Source: Utricularia gibba
Lineage: Eukaryota; Plantae; Magnoliophyta
Length of the DNA: 33,700 bases
Assembly: GCA_002189035.1 (NCBI GenBank)
Contig: NEEC01000362.1
Coordinates: 1 to 33,700, forward strand
Reading direction: 5' to 3'
This document shows, one piece after another, positions 28,191 through 33,700 of this stretch. Position 1 is the first letter of the stretch. Each line of letters opens with the position of its first letter. The notes beneath the pieces were generated by a model. That model did not search any database, was not told where the DNA came from, and saw only the letters and a list, made by a program, of their open reading frames with translations. The position numbers were made by a program, and so were the translations under genes.

Positions 28191-29118
28191 CACGTGACAT
28201 CGTAATTTAAACAAATGCATCATTTTTTTTATTCGATTTGCATCCAGTTGACCTCATGAGCCATACAGAATGGGGTCAAGGACCAAGTTCCCAGCGAGAC
28301 TGGCCGCCAAAAAACGAGAAGCGGTTCCTTGAAAAACCATGTAGGCAGCCCGAAAACGAACGATAATAAATACATCACTTTATTTGCCGGACTACAACTA
28401 ACTCTCGGTGCAAGCCAAACATTACCTTTGTCCCGTTCCAGGTGCACCCAAAGACCGCCTGCTCAAGTATAAAGTAAGTTGTTGAAAAAATCATGTGGGG
28501 TGCACGTGACATCATAATTTAAACAAATGCATCATTTTTTTTAATCGATTTGCATCCAGTTGACCTCATGAGCCATACAGAATCGGGTCAAGGACCAAGT
28601 TCCAGCGAGACTGGCCGCCACAAAACGAGAAGCGGTTCCTTGAAAAACATGTAGGCAGCCCCCGAAAACCGAACGATAATAAATACATCACTTTATTTGC
28701 CGGACTACAACTAACTCTCGGTGCAAGCCAAACTGATTTTTGTCCGGTTCCAGTCCCCCAAAGACCGCCTGCTCAAGTATAAAGTAAGTTGTTAAAAAAA
28801 CATGTGGGGTGCACGTGACATCATAATTTAAAAATGCATCATTTTTTTTAATCGATTTGCATCCAGTTGACCTCATGAGCCATACAGAATCGGGGTCAAG
28901 GACCAAGTTCCCAGCGAGACTGGCCGCCACAAAACGAGAAGCGTTCCTTGAAAAACCATGTAGGCAGCCCCGAAAACGAACGATAATAAATACATCACTT
29001 TATTTGCCGGACTACAACTAACTCTCGATGCAAGCCAACCTTACCTTTGTCCGTTCCAAGTGCACCCAAACCGCCTGCTCAAGTATAAAGTAAGTTGTTG
29101 AAAAAATCATGTGGGGTG

Positions 29119-29429
29119 CACGTGATATCGTAATTTAAACAAATGCATCATTGTATTCATTGATTTGCATCCTTTTGTCCTCATGAGCCATAAAGAATCG
29201 CGGGCCCGGACCAAGTTCCTAGCGAGACTGGCCGCCAAAAACGAGAAGCTGTTCCTTGAAAAACCATGTAGGCAACACGAAAACCGAACGTTAATAAATA
29301 CATCACTTTCTTTGCCGGGCTACAACTTACTTTGGGCAAGGCCTAAGCTGATCTTTTTCCGGTTCCAAGTGCCCCCAAAACCGCCTCCTCATGTATAAAG
29401 TATGTTGTTAAAAAAAATCATGTGGGGTG
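29119..29429 (+). repeat. Full type B monomer (311 bp)
   Basis: Near-complete B allele set including gatatcgt, cattgtattcat, ccttttgtcc, gaatcgcgggcccgg; near-identical to 30681-30989 and 32226-32535. Confidence 0.95.
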
Positions 29430-30028
29430 CACGTGACATCGTAATTTAAACAAATGCATCATTTTTTTTATTCGATTTGCATCCAGTTGACCTCATGAGC
29501 CATACAGAATCGGGGTCAAGGACCAAGTTCCCAGCGAGACTGGCCGCCACAAAACGAGAAGCGGTTCCTTGAAAAACCATGTAGGCAGCCCGAAAACCGA
29601 ACGATAATAAATACATCTTTATTTGCCGGACTACAACTAACTCTCGGTGCAAGCCAAACTTACCTTTGTCCCGTTCCAGGTGCACCCAAAGACCGCCTGC
29701 TCAAGTATAAAGTAAGTTGTTGAAAAAATCATGTGGGGTGCACGTGACATCATAATTTAAACAAATGCATCATTTTTTTTAATCGATTTGCATCCAGTTG
29801 ACCTCATGAGCCATACAGAATCGGGTCAAGGACCAAGTTCCGCGAGACTGGCCGCCACAAAACGAGAAGCGGTTCCTTGAAAAACCATGTAGGCAGCCCC
29901 CGAAACCGAACGATAATAAATACATCACTTTATTTGCCGGCTACAACTAACTCTCGGTGCAAGCCAAACATTACTTTGTCCGTTCCAGGTGCACCCAAAG
30001 ACCGCCTGCTCAAGTATAAAGTAAGTTG

Positions 30029-30188
30029 TTGAAAAAATCATGTGGGGTGCACGTGACATCATAATTTAAACAAATGCATCATTTTTTTTAATCGATTTGC
30101 ATCCAGTTGACCTCATGAGCCATACAGAATCGGGGTCAAGGACCAAGTTCCCAGCGAGACTGGCCGCCACAAAACGAGAAGCGGTTCC
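30029..30188 (+). repeat. Subunit 1 (~160 bp) of the dimeric monomer
   Basis: Begins TTGAAAAAATCATGTGGGG; contains AAATGCATCATTTTTTTT, AGCCATACA, GTTCC and CCGCC, each with a counterpart 151-160 bp downstream in subunit 2. Confidence 0.8.
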
Positions 30189-30365
30189 TTGAAAAACCAT
30201 GTAGGCAGCCCCCGAAAACCGAACGATAATAAATACATCACTTTATTTGCCGGACTACAACTAACTCTCGGTGCAAGCCAAACTTTACCTTTGTCCCGTT
30301 CCAGGTGCACCCAAAGACCGCCTGCTCAAGTATAAAGTAAGTTGTTGAAAAAATCATGTGGGGTG
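30050..30365 (+). repeat. Representative full-length type A monomer (316 bp)
   Basis: Anchor-to-anchor distance 30050 to 30366 = 316, the maximum observed (also 22024-22339 and 27261-27576); essentially matches the consensus. Confidence 0.95.
30189..30344 (+). repeat. Subunit 2 (~156 bp) of the dimeric monomer
   Basis: Begins TTGAAAAACCATGTAGG; contains AAATACATCACTTTATTT, AGCCAAAC, GTTCC and CCGCC, collinear with subunit 1. Confidence 0.8.
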
Positions 30366-30680
30366 CACGTGACATCATAATTTAAACAAATGCATCATTT
30401 TTTTTAATCGATTTGCATCCAGTTGACCTCATGAGCCATACAGAATCGGGGTCAAGGACCAAGTTCCCAGCGAGACTGGCCGCCACAAAACGAGAAGCGG
30501 TTCCTTGAAAAACCATGTAGGCAGCCCCCGAAAACCGAACGATAATAAATACATCTTTTTATTTGCCGGACTACAACTAACTCTCGATGCAAGCCAAACC
30601 TTACCTTTGTCCGTTCCAAGTGCACCCAAAAACCGCCTGCTCAAGTATAAAGTAAGTTGTTGAAAAAATCATGTGGGGTG

Positions 30681-30989
30681 CACGTGATATCGTAATTTAA
30701 ACAAATGCATCATTGTATTCATTGATTTGCATCCTTTTGTCCTCATGAGCCATAAAGAATCGCGGGCCCGGACCAAGTTCCTAGCGAGACTGGCCGCCAC
30801 AAAACGAGAAGCTGTTCCTTGAAAAACCATGTAGGCAACACCGAAAACCGAACGTTAATAAATACATCACTTTCTTTGCCGGGCTACAACTACTTTGGGC
30901 CAAGCCTAAGCTGATCTTTTCCGGTTCCAAGTGCCCCAAAACCGCCTCCTCATGTATAAAGTATGTTGTTAAAAAAATCATGTGGGGTG
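30681..30989 (+). repeat. Full type B monomer (309 bp)
   Basis: Near-complete B allele set; five monomers after the B at 29119. Confidence 0.95.
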
Positions 30990-32225
30990 CACGTGACATC
31001 GTAATTTAAACAAATGCATCATTTTTTTTATTCGATTTGCATCCAGTTGACCTCATGAGCCATACAGAATCGGGGTCAAGGACCAAGTTCCCAGAGACTG
31101 GCCGCCACAAAACGAGAAGCGGTTCCTTGAAAAACCATGTAGGCAGCCCCGAAAACCGAACGATAATAAATACATCACTTATTTGCCGGACTACAACTAA
31201 CTCTCGGTGCAAGCCAAATTACCTTTGTCCTTCCAGGTGCACCCAAAGACCTGCTCAAGTATAAAGTAAGTTGTTGAAAAAATCATGTGGGGTGCACGTG
31301 ACATCATAATTTAAACAAATGCATCATTTTTTTTAATCGATTTGCATCCAGTTGACCTCATGAGCCATACAGAATCGGGGTCAAGGACCAAGTTCCAGCG
31401 AGACTGGCCGCCACAAAACGAGAAGCGTTCCTTGAAAAACCATGTAGGCAGCCCCGAAAACCGAACGATAATAAATACATCACTTTATTTGCCGGACTAC
31501 AACTAACTCTCGGTGCAAGCCAAACTTACCTTTGTCCGTTCCAGGTGCACCCAAAGACCGCCTGCTCAAGTATAAAGTAAGTTGTTGAAAAAATCATGTG
31601 GGGTGCACGTGACATCATAATTTAAACAAATGCATCATTTTTTTTAATCGATTTGCATCCAGTTGACCTCATGAGCCATACAGAATCGGGGTCAAGGACC
31701 AAGTTCCCAGCGAGACTGGCCGCCACAAAACGAGAAGCGGTTCCTTGAAAAACATGTAGGCAGCCCCGAAAACCGAACGATAATAAATACATCACTTTAT
31801 TTGCCGGACTACAACTAACTCTCGTGCAAGCCTACCTTACTTTGTCCGTTCCTGCACCCAAAGACCGCCTGCTCAAGTATAAAGTAAGTTGTTGAAAAAA
31901 TCATGTGGGGTGCACGTGACATCATAATTTAAACAAATGCATCATTTTTTTTAATCGATTTGCATCCAGTTGACCTCATGAGCCATACAGAATCGGGGTC
32001 AAGGACCAAGTTCCAGCGAGACTGGCCGCCACAAAACGAGAAGCGGTTCCTTGAAAAACCATGTAGGCAGCCCCGAAAACCGAACGATAATAAATACATC
32101 TTTTATTTGCCGGACTACAACTAACTCTCGATGCAAGCCAAACCTTACCTTTGTCCCGTTCCAAGTGCACCCAAAAACCGCCTGCTCAAGTATAAAGTAA
32201 GTTGTTGAAAAAATCATGTGGGGTG

Positions 32226-32535
32226 CACGTGATATCGTAATTTAAACAAATGCATCATTGTATTCATCGATTTGCATCCTTTTTGTCCTCATGAGCCATA
32301 AAGAATCGCGGGCCCGGACCAAGTTCCTAGCGAGACTGGCCGCCACAAACGAGAAGCTGTTCCTTGAAAAACCATGTAGGCAACACCGAAAACCGAACGT
32401 TAATAAATACATCACTTTCTTTGCCGGGCTACAACTTACTTTGGCCAAGGCCTAAGCTGATCTTTTTCCGGTTCCAGTGCCCCAAACCGCCTCCTCATGT
32501 ATAAAGTATGTTGTTAAAAAAAATCATGTGGGGTG
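32226..32535 (+). repeat. Full type B monomer (310 bp)
   Basis: Near-complete B allele set; five monomers after the B at 30681. Confidence 0.95.
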
Positions 32536-33700
32536 CACGTGACATCGTAATTTAAACAAATGCATCATTTTTTTTATTCGATTTGCATCCAGTTGACCTC
32601 ATGAGCCATACAGAAATCGGGGTCAAGGACCAAGTTCCCAGCGAGACTGGCCGCCACAAAACGAGAAGCGGTTCCTTGAAAAACCATGTAGGCAGCCCCG
32701 AAAACGAACGATAATAAATACATCACTTTATTTGCCGGACTACAACTAACTCTCGGTGCAAGCCAAACTTACCTTTGTCCCGTTCCAGGTGCACCCAAAG
32801 ACCGCCTGCTCAAGTATAAAGTAAGTTGTTGAAAAAATCATGTGGGGTGCACGTGACATCATAATTTAAACAAATGCATCATTTTTTTTAATCGATTTGC
32901 ATCCAGTTGACCTCATGAGCCATACAGAATCGGGGTCAAGGACCAAGTTCCCAGCGAGACTGGCCGCCACAAAACGAGAAGCGGTTCCTTGAAAAACCAT
33001 GTAGGCAGCCCCGAAAACCGAACGATAATAAATACATCACTTTATTTGCCGGACTACAACTAACTCTCGGTGCAAGCCAAACTTACCTTTTGTCCCGTTC
33101 CGGTGCACCCAAAGACCGCCTGCTCAAGTATAAAGTAAGTTGTTGAAAAAATCATGTGGGGTGCACGTGACATCATAATTTAACAAATGCATCATTTTTT
33201 TAATCGATTTGCATCCAGTTGACCTATGAGCCATACAGAATCGGGGTCAAGGACCAAGTTCCCAGCGAGACTGGCCGCCATAAAACGAGAAGCGGTTCCT
33301 TGAAAAACCATGTAGGCAGCCCCGAAAACGAACGATAATAAATACATCACTTTATTTGCCGGACTACAACTAACTCTCGATGCAAGCCATACCTTACCTT
33401 TGTCCGTTCCAGGTGCACCCAAGACCGCCTGCTCAAGTATAAAGTAAGTTGTTGAAAAAATCATGTGGGGTGCACGTGACATCATAATTTAAACAAATGC
33501 ATCATTTTTTTTAATCGATTTGCATCCAGTTGACCTCATGAGCCATACAGAATCGGGGTCAAGGACCAAGTTCCCAGCGAGACTGGCCGCCACAAAACGA
33601 GAAGCGGTTCCTTGAAAAACCATGTAGGCAGCCCCGAAAACCGAACGATAATAAATACATCTTTTATTTGCCGGACTACAACTAACTCTCGATGCAAGCC

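Larger units (their letters stand above)
1..33700. repeat. Tandem satellite array, ~316-bp monomer, ~109 head-to-tail copies, runs off both window ends
   Basis: Anchor CACGTG recurs at 210, 524, 834, 1125 (CACTTG), 1440, 1727, 2037 ... 32850, 33164, 33473: 109 anchors, spacing 258-316 bp, mean ~308. Type A consensus: cacgtgacatcataatttaaacaaatgcatcattttttttaatcgatttgcatccagttgacctcatgagccatacagaatcggggtcaaggaccaagttcccagcgagactggccgccacaaaacgagaagcggttccttgaaaaaccatgtaggcagcccccgaaaaccgaacgataataaatacatcactttatttgccggactacaactaactctcggtgcaagccaaac(a/c)ttacctttgtcccgttccaggtgcacccaaagaccgcctgctcaagtataaagtaagttgttgaaaaaatcatgtggggtg. No inversion or foreign insertion seen. Confidence 0.99.
26347..33700 (+). 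repeat. Higher-order repeat region: mostly 1 B + 4 A monomers (~1.55 kb unit)
   Basis: B starts at 26347, 27885, 29119, 30681, 32226 give units of 5, 4, 5, 5 monomers (1538, 1234, 1562, 1545 bp); A monomers flanking B carry recurrent position-specific variants. Confidence 0.8.

Noticed and set aside
29355-29380. tRNA/SINE B-box-like GGTTCCAAGTGCCCC in type B
   Set aside because: Lacks the GTTCRA core, has no A box at suitable spacing, and I see no cloverleaf.
257-33485. About 100 short ORFs (60-103 aa) on both strands, e.g. MHPVDLMSHTES... and ...CSPANKVMYLLSF...
   Set aside because: They are translations of the same repeat; frames shift freely between copies with 1-bp indels, there is no conserved full-length product, and I recognise no domain.
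1-33700. CRISPR array
   Set aside because: No unique spacers: the entire unit repeats, the period (~316 bp) is far too long, and there are no cas genes.

Overview
The whole 33.7 kb is one uninterrupted head-to-tail tandem array (satellite DNA) with no credible protein-coding gene, RNA gene, transposon or CRISPR array. I counted 109 copies of the anchor GTGCAC(G/T)TGA (first CAC at 210, last at 33473), a mean period of ~308 bp. The longest intact copies and my hand consensus are 316 bp, ~45% GC. Three layers of structure are visible. (1) Each 316-bp monomer is a diverged dimer of ~160 + ~156-bp subunits. (2) There are two monomer families: a dominant type A and a minority type B (~40 differences by hand alignment, ~87% identity). 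(3) From ~26.3 kb to the end, B recurs as a mostly 5-monomer (~1.55 kb) higher-order repeat (HOR) with position-specific flanking variants, whereas in the left half B is rare, irregular and mostly chimeric. Many short or chimeric monomers have deletions exactly where A and B differ, and homopolymers vary mostly downward, so part of the variation is probably long-read consensus error. The architecture resembles a eukaryotic centromeric/pericentromeric satellite, but I do not recognise the family or organism, and function cannot be shown from sequence. All ORFs in the track are translations of the repeat.
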